DNA of 63,247 nt, counting the filler, from Octopus bimaculoides (lineage: Eukaryota): NCBI RefSeq assembly GCF_001194135.2. It is 4 parts of 4 records of this genome, joined end to end, with 100 filler letters (N's around TTAATTAATTAA, not from the genome) between each part and the next. Parts side by side here need not be neighbours in the genome. Positions count along the whole stretch, not along the records: positions 1 to 30,573 come from NC_069001.1; 3 more parts are not named here. One strand, written 5' to 3'. Under the pieces are notes generated by a model. It was not told the origin of the DNA. It saw only the letters and a program-made list of their open reading frames with translations, and ran no database searches. Below are positions 1 through 12,420 of this stretch, in pieces. Position 1 is the first letter of the stretch, and every line of letters begins with the position of its first letter. The position numbers and the translations under genes were made by a program.

Positions 1-747
1 TCAAGCAGGGCCATCTACCTGGAGGGGTTTGTGTTTTGTCTACCTTCCTACTTATTAGGACTTTGGTTTTAGCTAGTTTGACTCTAAGGCTCTTCGATTC
101 TAGTCCTTGCTTCCACACCTGAAACTTCTCTTCTAGTTCTGATAGTGACTCAGCAATTAGTGCAAGGTCATCAGCATAGAGGAGCTCCCAGGGGCATCCT
201 GTCTTGAATTCCTCTGTTATAGCTGGAGCCTGGTGTTGCCATCCGGTTTCACCAGTCCTCAGTCAAGTCGTCCAACCCATGCTAGCATGGAAAGCGGACG
301 TTAAACGATGATGATGATGATGATGATAGCCTGGAGGACTATGATAAATAGGAGAGGGCTGAGGTGGACCCCTACCTCCACCTGGAATTCTTGACTGTAC
401 TCATTGCTTACCCTCACTTTACTGACAGAGTCTTTGTACATGGCTCGCACAGCTCTCACTAACCATTCTTCTATACCTAGTTTCCTCATTGACCACCAGA
501 TGAGAGATTGCGGGATCCTGTTGAAGGCTTTCTCCATGTCAACGAAAGCCAGGTACAGAGGTTTATCCTTGGCTAGGTATTTCTCCTGAAGCTGTCTTAC
601 CAGAAATATAGCATCAATGNNNNNNNNNNGGCTAGGTATTTCTCCTGAAGCTGTCTTACCAGAAATATAGCATCAATGGTGCTTTTCCCAGGCACAAACC
701 CAAACTGCATCTCATCTAAACTGACTTGCTCCTTAAATAGTTGGGCT
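1..747 (-). mobile_element. RTE-clade LINE reverse transcriptase fragment, interrupted
   Basis: Minus-strand translation gives QFGFVPGKSTIDAIFLVRQLQEKYLAKDKPLYLAFVDMEKAF ... LSPLLFIIVLQAI|TEEFKTGCPWELLYADDLALIAES. The YADD motif is at about 167-178. Split by an insertion at 224-327. Confidence 0.9.
224..327 (+). mobile_element. 5'-truncated RTE 3' tail ending in (GAT)n, inserted antisense into the RT fragment
   Basis: Contains cccatgctagcatggaaagcggacgttaaacgatgatgat. Near-identical copies occur at 5604 (-), 8636 (+) and 30441 (-). Short duplicated atagc at the junctions. Confidence 0.85.
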
Positions 748-968
748 AAGAGTCAAAAGGAAGAGTAAGTACAGTTAGGCAGCTTTTTGATCACTACAAA
801 TGTTTCGATACATACAGATCCTCGTATATACAGGATTTAAAGTTAAGTTTAAATTAAATTATGTAACGATTTACCTGTATAAGAAGATCTATATGTATCT
901 CCTCAGGTTACTACTCAGTTACTATCTCTGTAAGTAAATCTAGATTTCCATGCTACAACATCCATGGC

Positions 969-1361
969 TTCTTAAATCCTGGGGCTTTGGCTTCATCCTT
1001 CATGATGTACATTCTGGAAGACATCTTCCAGAACAAGCCAGTCTCATCCATATTGAAAACCTATTCCGACTTGTATCCCTTGTCCTCAATGATGTGCCTT
1101 GAGGTTTTGAGGTACTTCTTGCCAGCTTCTTTGTCAGCTGATGCTGTCTCTCCATGCAGGGAAGCACACTTTATTTTAAACCATTTCTAGAAACAGTCAT
1201 TCCTTGCTGGCTTGAAAATCCTCAGGCTCCGGTGCTGTCAATGGTCTTGGTTGCAGTTCTTTGGTACCTTCTACTCCGTCTCCTCTGTCAAACTGCTGGT
1301 ATAATTTCAGCACTTTCTCACAAATGATGTTACCATTCAAGGAGATGTTTTTCTCCTTGTG
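969..1361 (-). mobile_element. Tigger/pogo transposase fragment, inverted relative to 2122-2521
   Basis: Reverse complement aligns along its length with 2122-2521. ORFs 987..1190(+) and 2297..2566(-) give nearly the same peptide. Confidence 0.9.
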
Positions 1362-1789
1362 TATTGCACCAGTATTATTTGGGCTGGCGATGACAGATCA
1401 AAGATATATACAACATGAGACTGAACGTTAATTTTATACCAGTGCTTTTTTAAAAATCATCGCTTCATTTGATCATACACATTGTTTATTTCAACAAGAT
1501 AATTTTTAAGGTCGTAAGACAATATAGCCTCATTGAAATTAGGTTACTTGCTGGTTCCTCTCTCTTATCATCAACATCATCATCATCATCATCATCATTA
1601 TTATTATAGTATAGATTACTGTATCTAGTGGTAATACAAACTAAATTTTTCAAAACCATAATTATTTTTAATCTCTGCTCAATCTCCCATTGGTGATATG
1701 CGAATATTAGACAAAACGAAGATTTTGTAGGTTATTTTGGGAAAAACTGCGTCCAGTAACTCTCTCGAGTATTTTGTTGAGTGCTGTGT

Positions 1790-3597
1790 TTTTTGCAGCA
1801 TGTTATTAAAGCCCTATGATGCCGCCCAAATGACCTACACCTTCTAAGGCTCTTAGCAGTGAACCTAAGTGCCAGAAAAAGGTTATGACTCTCCACAAGA
1901 AGGTACATCTACTGGATATGTTCCGGGAAGGTAAAAGTTATGTTGAAGTAAGTCGCTATTATGTTGTCAATGAAAGCACCATATGCTACATAAAGAATGA
2001 GGTGACGATCAGGACTACTATAGCAGTAAGTTTCTGTGGAAGTGCCAAAAAGATAACAATAGTGAGAAATAAGCACTTCATCAGGATGGAATCTGCCTTG
2101 GCATTGTGGATCAGTGACTGCAAGGAGAAAAACATCTCCTTGAATGGTAACATCATTCGTGAGAAAGTGCTGAAATTATACCAGCAGTTTGACACAGAGG
2201 AGATGGAGTAGAAGGCACCGAAGAACTGTAACCAAGACCATTGACAGCACCAGAGCCTGAGGATTTTCAAACCAGCAAGGAAGGGTTTGACCGTTCCTAG
2301 AAACGGTTTAAAATAAAGTGTGTTTCCCTGCATGGAAAGACAGCATCAGCTGACAAAGAAGCTGGCAAGAAGTACCTCAAAACCTCCTGGTACATCATTG
2401 AGGACAAGGGATACAAGCTGGAGTAGGTTTTCAATATGGATGAGACTGGCTTGTTCTGGAAGAGGATGCCTTCGAGAATATACATCATGAAGGACGAAGC
2501 CAGAGCCCCAGAATTTAAGAAAAACAGAGTAACGCTAATTGTGGGTGGCAATGCTACTGACTTCATGATGAAACCAGGATTTATCTACAAGTCTGTGAAC
2601 CCAAGGGTCTTCAAAAATAAGAATAAAAACCTGATGCCTGTCCACTGGATGCACAACCCCAAGGCCTGGATTGCCAAAAGTCTAACTTTGAATTGGTCCC
2701 ACCAATGCTTCATCCCTCAAGCCAAGAAATACCTCCAAAATGTCTGTATGAAATCCAAGGTGTTGCTTCTTATAGATAATGCTGATGGTCACTTTTTGGA
2801 TTTGAATCATGAGTGAGTCCAAATCAAGTTCCTCTCTGCCAACACCACCTCCCTCATCCAACCTATGGATCAAGGCATAATCCATGCCGTCAAGGCACTT
2901 TACACTTGGAACTCTCAAACACCTTGTGGACACATTGGATTCAGACAAGAATTTCAAGTTAAAGGAGTACTGGTGTAACTTCATGTTCTTAAAGACATGT
3001 AAAAAGAAACCCTCATCGCATGCTGGAAGAAGATGTGGCTAGAGTGTGTCCAGGACTATGAAGGCTTCTTACCTGAAGATATTCAGCACGAGGATATCAA
3101 CAATGCAGATTGAACAATATAGGGATTCCATGCTTCCGCAAGGGAAGGCGGAACCTATATGGTTCAATCTCTCCAATTGAAAAATCCATTGATGCTGCCA
3201 TGCAGACATATAAAATTCTCCTTACCACCATGAAGAAACCACGACAGCAACTTCCTATCACAATATTCCTCAAGCCCACCAAAAAAGCCTTGCACAAAGA
3301 TGCAACATCTCCTAAAACACCTGGAGAAGAGGTATCACTCGAAGAGCTTTAAATCTTCTTTGCTGTGCAGTTATTATCTTCATTATTTTCACCATCATTA
3401 TCTTAAATCAATATCATTCATTATTGGTGATTAACCGTACATTTTACTTTATTTTTTATTAAATTATTATTATTATATATAACGTCATATTTTGATATTT
3501 ATAGGCATTTTTATGGACCACGTCCAATATTCGCAGATTTTCACTATTTGCAGGAGGTCTGGGAATGTAACCCCTGCAAATACTGGGGAACTACTGT
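1790..3597 (+). mobile_element. Tigger/pogo-family DNA transposon with disrupted transposase
   Basis: CENP-B-like HTH (VMTLHKKVHLLDMFREGKSY...NESTICYI), then MDETGLFWKRMPSRIYI, LLLIDNADGH and SLIQPMDQGII motifs with stops and frameshifts. Right end is taacccctgcaaatactggggaactactg+TA. Confidence 0.9.
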
Positions 3598-3610
3598 ACA
3601 TATATATTAT

Positions 3611-3950
3611 CATTTAATGTCTGTTATCCATGCTGGCATGGGTTGGACGGTTTGACCAGGGCTGGTAAGCTGAGGGGCTGCACCAGACTCCAGTCTGATT
3701 TGACAGTTTCTGGATGCCCTTCTTAACACCAACCATTCTGAGAGTGTAATGAGTGCTTTTACATGCTACCAACACGGGTGCCATTTATGTGACACTAGCA
3801 TCAGCTACATTGCTTCCGTGAAATCCATTGCTCGAATGTTGCTTTTTACGTGTCACCAGCACAGGTGCCAGTTATGTGACACCAGCATCGGCCACATTGC
3901 CTCCATGTGGCCCAATGCTCGAATGGTGCCTTTTACATGCCATATTTTTG
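3611..3950 (-). mobile_element. RTE-related 3' UTR/tail repeat (older subfamily)
   Basis: ccatgctggcatgggttggacggtttgac...ctggatgcccttcttaacaccaacca matches the reverse complement of 28050-28335. Confidence 0.75.
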
Positions 3951-4449
3951 TTGGATATGGTCAGTTTTACCATAAAACAGGTAGAATATTCAGACCAGAT
4001 ATGGCTGGATTAAACACTAAAGGGTTGAAAAGATATTGTAGGTTGGTGTAAGAGGCTGAATCTGGTTAGTTTTAACATAGAATATTTGGACCAGATGGGG
4101 CCAGTTTAAATGCTAAAGAGTTTAGAAGAAGAAAAGGAAGCAAAATTTTGAGAGGGAAAGAAAGAAAGAGGTGGCAGATAATTTAAAACTGATCCAAGTC
4201 CTTTGGCTATGGACTTTATTTTATCGAATTTGGGATGATGAATAGCAGAGATTTTGAGTAAAAATAATCAACAAAGAAAATAAACAATAAAATCTTGTTT
4301 AAAAAGAACAAAAAAAGGACCAAACAAGCTCTCAATTGAGGATGAAGAATCCATTGAGGTGGAAGAGGAAGATTTGGAAAAAGTGAAGGCAAAAATGCAT
4401 ATGCAGAAAACAGTGCAAATTACTCTATGGTGCAAGAGTTGCAGGGTTT

Positions 4450-4580
4450 TGCTGCTGTTTTTATTGTTGTTGTTGTTGCTGCTGTTACTACTACTACTAC
4501 TACTATTACTGTTATTGCTGTTGTCGACAGTAAACAATAAGAATGACAATGATGACTATGATAACCACCATGATCACAAC
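4450..4580. repeat. Compound trinucleotide microsatellite (TGT/CTA/TTA/ATG)
   Basis: Directly visible. It produces the poly-Leu and poly-Ser/Asn pseudo-ORFs. Confidence 0.9.
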
Positions 4581-4604
4581 CAGGATCAGTGTTGGGTATA
4601 TATA

Positions 4605-7600
4605 CAGTGGGGGGGGGGGGAATAAATATTCGTACATGTCAAAATTCTTTATTTATTTAATTTCTAATGAACATAAATGGGATATACCAATACTATATTT
4701 GCATACACATACATAAACTAAGAATATGCAAAAGAAACTAATAAATTACAGTAACTAATGAATTTATATTCAATTATAAATATTTAGGGGTGAAAAAAGT
4801 ATTCATACAGAATAAATTTATGATTTTCTATGCCACAAAATACTGTTAAAATAATATTTTTTTTACTAGAACTTTCTCATTTGTTCCAATCTTATCAATA
4901 GTCATTTTTAAGTGTCAAAACACTAGCTTCTTCATTCAGCACTGAGACAACATAAAGTAGTATTGTAATAATGGCAAAAAGTAAAGAACTCACAAATTCA
5001 GTGAAAAACTTAATTATTGAACAGTGGAAAGCAAGTAAAAGTTACAGGAAAATATCAGAGACCCTTTGTATTCCATTTTCTACCATATCTTCATTTATTC
5101 AAAGATATAAAAAATCAGGAAATGTTGAAAACAGAATAAGATCCGGTGCACCATGCAAGATTTTCCCTAGATCTTCAAGAAAAATGAAGCAAAGAATCGA
5201 AAACACGCAATGATCACCAGAAAGGAGTTGCAAGAAGATTTGTTAGCTTCAGGGACTAGTGTTACACTATGAACTTCATAGGAATGAACTGAAGTCATGC
5301 TCTCTTAGAAAAACTCCGCTGTTGACTAAAAGGCATAGAGATGCCCGTTTAAGATTTGTTTATGAACATGAAGATAAATCTGATACGTTCTGGGAAAATG
5401 TTCTATGGACAGACAAGTCGAAAATTGAATTGTTTGGACGAAATTCGCGTAGCCATGTTTGGAAGAAAGATGGTACCGCCTATATGGTGATAAGCACAAT
5501 TCCTACCATAAAGTTTGGAGGTGGCAACATCAGTGTGTGGAGTTGTTTCTCTGCAAATGACACTGGCAATTTACATGTGATAGATGGTAGAATGAATGCA
5601 AAGATCATCATCGTCGTTTAACGTCCGCTTTCCATGCTAGCATGGGTTGGACGATTTGACTGAGGACTGGTGAAACCAGATGGCTACACGAGGCCCCAAT
5701 CTGATTTGGCAGAGTTTCTACAGCTGGATGCCCTTCCTAATGCCAACCACTCAGTGTAGTGGGTGTTTTTACATGTCACCCGCACGAAGGCCAGTCAGGC
5801 GATACTGGCAACGGCCATGCTCAAAATGGTGTATTTTATGTGCCACCCGCACAAGAGCCAGTCCAGGGGCACCGGCAACGATCCCACTCGAAGGTCCATA
5901 CACATGCTGTGGGCACAAGTGCCAGAAAGGCGACGCTGGGCACAGGTGCCATCACGATTTCGATTTCGCTTGCCCCAATAAGTTTTCGCAAGCTGAGTTT
6001 CGTGTCCAATGAAGGAGACGGCGTTGGCATGGGTGCCAGTTGTCGAATTTAACTCGATTTCGATTTCACTTGCCTCAACAGGTCTTTGCAAGTGGAGTTT
6101 AGTTTCCATNNNNNNNNNNNNNNNNNNNNNNNNNNNNNNNNNNNNNNNNNNNNNNNNNNNNNNNNNNNNNNNNNNNNNNNNNNNNNNNNNNNNNNNNNNN
6201 NNNNNNNNNNNNNNNNNNNNNNNNNNNNNNNNNNNNNNNNNNNNNNNNNNNNNNNNNNNNNNNNNNNNNNNNNNNNNNNNNNNNNNNNNNNNNNNNNNNN
6301 NNNNNNNNNNNNNNNNNNNNNNNNNNNNNNNNNNNNNNNNNNNNNNNNNNNNNNNNNNNNNNNNNNNNNNNNNNNNNNNNNNNNNNNNNNNNNNNNNNNN
6401 NNNNNNNNNNNNNNNNNNNNNNNNNNNNNNNNNNNNNNNNNNNNNNNNNNNNNNNNNNNNNNNNNNNNNNNNNNNNNNNNNNNNNNNNNNNNNNNNNNNN
6501 NNNNNNNNNNNNNNNNNNNNNNNNNNNNNNNNNNNNNNNNNNNNNNNNNNNNNNNNNNNNNNNNNNNNNNNNNNNNNNNNNNNNNNNNNNNNNNNNNNNN
6601 NNNNNNNNNNNNNNNNNNNNNNNNNNNNNNNNNNNNNNNNNNNNNNNNNNNNNNNNNNNNNNNNNNNNNNNNNNNNNNNNNNNNNNNNNNNNNNNNNNNN
6701 NNNNNNNNNNNNNNNNNNNNNNNNNNNNNNNNNNNNNNNNNNNNNNNNNNNNNNNNNNNNNNNNNNNNNNNNNNNNNNNNNNNNNNNNNNNNNNNNNNNN
6801 NNNNNNNNNNNNNNNNNNNNNNNNNNNNNNNNNNNNNNNNNNNNNNNNNNNNNAGTCAGGCGGTACTGGCAACGGCCACGCTCAATGGTGTATTTTATGT
6901 GCCACCCGCACAAGAGCCAGTCCAGGGGCACCGGCAACGATCCCACTCGAAGGTCCATACACATGCTGTGGGCACAAGTGCCAGAAAGGCGACGCTGGGC
7001 ACAGGTGCCATCACGATTTCGATTTCGCTTGCCCCAATAAGTTTTCGCAAGCTGAGTTTCGTGTCCAATGAAGGAGACGGCGTTGGCATGGGTGCCAGTT
7101 GTCGAATTTAACTCGATTTCGATTTCACTTGCCTCAACAGGTCTTTGCAAGTGGAGTTTAGTTTCCATTTTGGTTTGGTGTCCAATGAAGGAAGGTACGC
7201 ATAAGTGGACTGGCTGAGGCTATAGATTTAGGTCTCACTTGGCTTGCCGGGTCTTCTCACGCACAGCATATTTCCAAAGGTCTCGGTCAGAAGTCATCGC
7301 CTCGGTGAGGCCCAATGTTCAAAGGTCATGCCTCACCACCTCATCCCAGGTCTTCCTGGGCCTACCTCTTCCGCAGGTTCCCTCAACTGCTAAGGTGTGG
7401 TACTTTTTCGCACAGCTATCCTCATCCATGACCATACCAGCGCAATCGTCTCTCTTGCACACCACAACTGATGCTTCGTAAGTTCAACTTTTCTCTCACG
7501 GTACGGATACTCTGTCTAGTATGCACACTGACATTACACATCCATTGGTGCATACTGGCTTCATTCCTTGTGAGCCTACGCATGTCCTCAGCAGTCACGG

Positions 7601-8633
7601 CCCATGTTTCACTGCCATGAAGCACAGCTGTTCGTACACATGCGTCATACAATCTGCCTTTTACTCTGAGAGAGAGACCCTTTGTCGCCAGCAGAGGTAA
7701 GAGCTCTCTGAACTTTGCCCAAGCTATTCTAATTCTAGCAGCTACACTTTCACCCCCACTGCTAATTTGGTCACCAAGATAGCGGAAGCTATCAACCACT
7801 TCTAGTTTTTCTCCCTAGAATGTGGCAGTTGTTTTCNNNNNNNNNNNNNNNNNNNNNNNNNNNNNNNNNNNNNNNNNNNNNNNNNNNNNNNNNNNNNNNN
7901 NNNNNNNNNNNNNNNNNNNNNNNNNNNNNNNNNNNNNNNNNNNNNNNNNNNNNNNNNNNNNNNNNNNNNNNNNNNNNNNNNNNNNNNNNNNNNNNNNNNN
8001 NNNNNNNNNNNNNNNNNNNNNNNNNNNNNNNNNNNNNNNNNNNNNNNNNNNNNNNNNNNNNNNNNNNNNNNNNNNNNNNNNNNNNNNNNNNNNNNNNNNN
8101 NNNNNNNNNNNNNNNNNNNNNNNNNNNNNNNNNNNNNNNNNNNNNNNNNNNNNNNNNNNNNNNNNNNNNNNNNNNNNNNNNNNNNNNNNNNNNNNNNNNN
8201 NNNNNNNNNNNNNNNNNNNNNNNNNNNNNNNNNNNNNNNNNNNNNNNNNNNNNNNNNNNNNNNNNNNNNNNNNNNNNNNNNNNNNNNNNNNNNNNNNNNN
8301 NNNNNNNNNNNNNNNNNNNNNNNNNNNNNNNNNNNNNNNNNNNNNNNNNNNNNNNNNNNNNNNNNGGTAGAAGTGAAACTGAATAATGGTTATGCTACAA
8401 AGTATTAAATCAGAATTATCGGTTATTTATGTTCTGTACAAATACTTTTTTCACCCCTAAATATTTATAATTGAATATAAATTCCTTAGTTACTATAATT
8501 TATTAAGTTTCTTTTGCATATTCTTAGTTTATGCATGTGTATGCAAATATAGTATTGGTGTATCCCATTTATGTTAATTAGAAATTAAATAAATAAAGAA
8601 TTTTGACATGTAGAATATTTATTTCCCTCACTG
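4605..8633 (+). mobile_element. Tc1-like transposon with long (about 215 bp) TIRs and TA target duplication, transposase interrupted by an RTE LINE
   Basis: TA|cagtg..aataaatattcgtacatgtcaaaattc at 4605 and gaattttgacatgtagaatatttatttccctcactg|TA at 8633. Transposase peptides are MAKSKELTNSVKNLIIEQWK..., [12 protein letters not shown] and [14 protein letters not shown] (4971-5603). Confidence 0.9.
5604..7836 (-). mobile_element. RTE LINE: ORF C-terminus, repeat-containing 3' UTR and (GAT)n tail
   Basis: ORF 7422..7799: VDSFRYLGDQISSGG...AWAKFRELLPLL...KGRLYDACVRTAVLHGSETW...RRLRWYGH. The tail ends at 5604 inside the Tc1 transposase. Confidence 0.9.
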
Positions 8634-8635
8634 TA

Positions 8636-8725
8636 TGGTGTTGCCATCCGGTTTCACCAGTCCTCAGTCAAATCGTCCAACCCATGCTAGCATGGAAAGC
8701 GGACGTTAAACGATGATGATGATGA
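8636..8725 (+). mobile_element. Truncated RTE 3' tail
   Basis: Nearly identical to 231-324 and abuts the right TA of the Tc1 element. Confidence 0.85.
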
Positions 8726-8908
8726 TATATATATCTGTCTATACATCTACTATTCATCTCACGATATAAAATAAAGAGCACATCATAATGTAAGAAAAAC
8801 ATTAAGTATTAACTTGGTATTCTTTTATTCTATTTTTGTCATATTTCTCTATTTGGTAAGTAATTAATGATGTAAAACTAAATGCAATTCATAAATGCTG
8901 TTTTACAG

Positions 8909-9008
8909 AGCATTTAATCCCATGAAACACATCTTCAGACAGGGTCAAAATACGAATCACAAACATGCAAGCATCTTATATAAATACCAAGAGATACGAG
9001 AGAATGAG
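8909..9008 (+). CDS. EF-hand gene exon A (AFNPMKHIFRQGQNTNHKHASILYKYQEIRENE)
   Basis: Acceptor ctgttttacag and donor gag|gtgggg. The frame is open and the phase-0 exit matches the exon at 11844. Confidence 0.55.
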
Positions 9009-9344
9009 GTGGGGTGTAGGAGGGGGTGGCATGGAGTGTAAACTGTAGGTAATAACAAGTGTATACAGTGGCATAGATATCAATATGAGGTCACTTTCCA
9101 AATGGAACATGGAGACATAGATCAAGTTGTTTGATCTGTACCAGGCACAGGAAGAAAACCAGACCAGCAGGCAAAGATGGAATTGTCGGAAGGGTTATAA
9201 ATCATCATGTTGCAAAGGATTTGCTGGCATACATCAAGATAAATCCAGCCACATATATACAAGGAGGTACTGAAAAGCTCCTGGCTTTAAGGGTATCATC
9301 AAAGGCCTGGTTGGAGGCCCAACCTTCCAAATTCTTTTACAGGA

Positions 9345-9467
9345 CTTAGAAAAACTGAATAAGGGTGTGAATTTGAGAGGGGAATATGTTGAATAAAATC
9401 ACAATGAACTGATCCTCCTGTATTTTCTTTTACCCAAACCCAGGAACTTTTCAGCACTCCCTCGTAT
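9345..9467. mobile_element. Partial mariner-derived MITE
   Basis: Ends ccaggaacttttcagcactccctcgta, the same TIR as 12732-12958. Confidence 0.7.
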
Positions 9468-9927
9468 ATTGAATACTACATTATTTAGTGCATGTTTTCA
9501 TTTTTTTAACATGGTAAAGTGTGATTAACTGTTGTAATGTTTCCCAGGTCAGCTCTGATCAAACAGATCTATCTTCAAAAGCATTCCAACCATGACCATC
9601 TAATATTTGAGAAATTTTGCTGCAGTTTCTTGTTCAGCAGCTGTGTTTAACATTAGGGTGTATTTAATACATGTCTTTGTGGGATGGGCAGGGGAGGTGT
9701 AATAGTGGGTAGAAATATAAGTGCATTCAGAGTTAGGGTAGATGTGGTTTGAAAATTTCTTTTAACAGTTAATGGTGTCATTAAGTCATCTGCAAGGTTT
9801 GCCTGTGCATAGTGTCAAGGCTGACTGATCCCCACCTCACACACACAGCTGTTGAATCTTTTGACTATGAATGGACAATGTAGCTACGAGGAGTGAAAAA
9901 AGTGAACCATTTAACTGGTAACTGAAC

Positions 9928-9978
<51 letters not shown>

Positions 9979-10256
9979 NNNNNNNNNNNNNNNNNNNNNN
10001 NNNNNNNNNNNNNNNNNNNNNNNNNNNNNNNNNNNNNNNNNNNNNNNNNNNNNNNNNNNNNNNNNNNNNNNNNNNNNNNNNNNNNNNNNNNNNNNNNNNN
10101 NNNNNNNNNNNNNNNNNNNNNNNNNNNNNNNNNNNNNNNNNNNNNNNNNNNNNNNNNNNNNNNNNNNNNNNNNNNNNNNNNNNNNNNNNNNNNNNNNNNN
10201 NNNNNNNNNNNNNNNNNNNNNNNNNNNNNNNNNNNNNNNNNNNNNNNNNNNNNNNN

Positions 10257-10500
10257 CGCGCGAAGGCCAGTCAGGCGATACTGGCAACGGCCATGCTCAA
10301 AATGGTGTATTTTATGTGCCACCCGCACAAGAGCCAGTCCAGGGGCACTGGCAACGATCTCACTCGAAAAATTTCATGTATCACCCACACAAGAGCTAGC
10401 CCAGGGGCACTGGCAACGATCTCGCTCGAAAATCCTACGACGGCCAGTCAGATGGTACTGGCAACGGCCACGCTCAAAATGGTGTATTTTAAGTGCCACA
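10257..10500 (-). mobile_element. RTE 3' UTR tandem-repeat segment
   Basis: Repeats of ggccagtcagg..tactggcaacggcca.gctcaaaatggtgtattt, as at 5785-5900. Confidence 0.8.
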
Positions 10501-11843
10501 AATATAAACACACACATACACATGTGTGTGCATGTGATGAGTTTCTTTCAGTTCCTATCTACAAATTCACTTACAAGATTTTGATTGGCTCAGAGCTGTA
10601 GTTGTAGATACTTGCCCTAGGGTTAGGGTAAGCCAAAATCACACAGTTGAAAAGTAAACTTCTTAACTACATGACCATGCCTACAGCTATATATAATACT
10701 ATTTTGTTTAAGATACTGAATATCATATTAAAGCAACTGAATTGTATCTTACAATTCAATTACTTTAACCTTTCTCCTCTCTTCTAATGAGCTAATGTGT
10801 TTAGGGAAAGCTATATTACTTGTTCCTCCTTTCAACTCTGTTTAATTAAAAGCTGTCAGGATTTTAAAACTTTTTTGAAGGGATTTCTTTTTAATAATTT
10901 GGTCTGAAGGAAGAGGTTGTACTTGTCTTTGCAAGCTTTCTAGATCCTCTAGACGTCTCAACTACTGAAATTTCTTTGTGAAAATCAAACATGTGAATGC
11001 GTGTTTATTAATTAATAAGTGGAAGGTAAACAGCATCCATGACATTTGCAGGTATTGCAAGTTTGAAATGGTTGATGTTACATTGAACATATGTGGGCAA
11101 GTCCAAGGAGTTGTAGTTCTGGGTTGGGATGACTGGGGCATAGTGCTTAACATGAGATCCAAGGGAGAGAAATAGTGTATAAAATATGAGAGTAGGAGGA
11201 AAAAAATGAGTGCATAATGAATGGTCTGGGGGATTGAGGTATGCAACAACTTCTCACAGAGTAGAAGGTATTGTGGCAGCAGTAGAAAACTGATAGAAAA
11301 CACAACACAAACAACATCTATGTGAACTGGTAATTATAGTGATAGTGTGGTGAGTAAATGTGCTTTTGTCAGTCAAATAGTTTTCTTTTAAATATGTTCT
11401 ATGCTTAAATTTGCATAAGAGGCAGTAACCAGGATTAATAGATCACTATTACTACTTGAGCTGAGCAGAAGATCAAGGATGAAGTATTTTCTTGGTCTGG
11501 CAAGATGGGATTTGAACACATCAGCTTTAATTGAGCAGATTTATGATTAAAGTCATTCAAGCTATAACCATTGCATATGGGTGAGAATTTTGAGATTCAT
11601 TTTTTAACATTTTTTCTCAAGATAATATGTATCACAGACTACAACAATTCCTTTGTTAAGATGATAGTTTCAGAGAGATTTAACTACTATTTCTGACAGG
11701 CTCTCCCTTCTTGGCTCAAGTTCACTGATTGTATGATCGTTTGTGTGTGTGTGTGTAATCATTTCTCTGTGTGCAGTTTTGTAAACATGTAATTTTGAAA
11801 CTTAATTTAAATTTGCTTGTTCTACAACCATATCTTTTCCTAG

Positions 11844-11926
11844 TTAACAGATATAGGGGATATAAATTCTGGTGAAAAAGATGTACTGAAAAAGACCTTT
11901 AACAGGCTGGACACAGATAAAGATGG
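11844..11926 (+). CDS. EF-hand gene exon B (LTDIGDINSGEKDVLKKTFNRLDTDKDG)
   Basis: Acceptor tcttttcctag and donor gg|gtgaga (phase 2). Encodes the entering helix and the D-x-D-x-D-G loop. Confidence 0.85.
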
Positions 11927-12109
11927 GTGAGAATTTTGAAATTTTAAAAATCTATTTATACTATCATCATCATCTTTTCCCCGTCCTCCTCCTAGAGCAG
12001 TGGGTTCATTACCAACACCAAACGTGTGTGTATGTATGAAAAGTATACACATGGTTCTGAGTTCAGTTCCACTGCATGACACCTTGGGCAGGTGTCTTCT
12101 ACTATAGCC

Positions 12110-12420
12110 CATCTGACCAACATATAGATGGTTGCAAAGATTGCATTGGATGCAGCATATAATATTGGATGAAGTGCAGGAGGTGTTCCGGATGTGTGTT
12201 GGTTAGATCCAGTGAGGGAGGTGGTGTTGGCAATGAATGGAGAAGAGAAGGGAGCTACGGACCAGTAGGTCACATGGGTTGTGGGTGCATTTGAAAGAGG
12301 GCAAGGATGGATTGAGGTAAATAGGGAGGGTGATGAGATCTAGTTGGAGACGATGGAAGGCCTGTAGGATCCTCTGATGAAGGGATAGGATGGAGGGGTG
12401 GAAAAGGAGGGGAAGGGAAT
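12110..12420 (-). mobile_element. Penelope-like GIY-YIG endonuclease fragment
   Basis: Minus frames give ...CDLLVRSSL... and CTSSNIICCIQCNLCNHLYVGQ. Confidence 0.65.

Noticed and set aside
572-677. 48-bp direct repeat either side of a 10-N gap
   Set aside because: Typical overlap of contig ends. The RT frame reads through when one copy is removed.
4305-4430. Acidic/Lys-rich upstream exon of the EF-hand gene (GPNKLSIEDEESIEVEEEDLEKVKAKMHMQK)
   Set aside because: The only phase-2 GT donor would create TGA when joined to 8909, and the acceptor is poor. It could still be linked through an exon lost in a gap, but this is unsupported.
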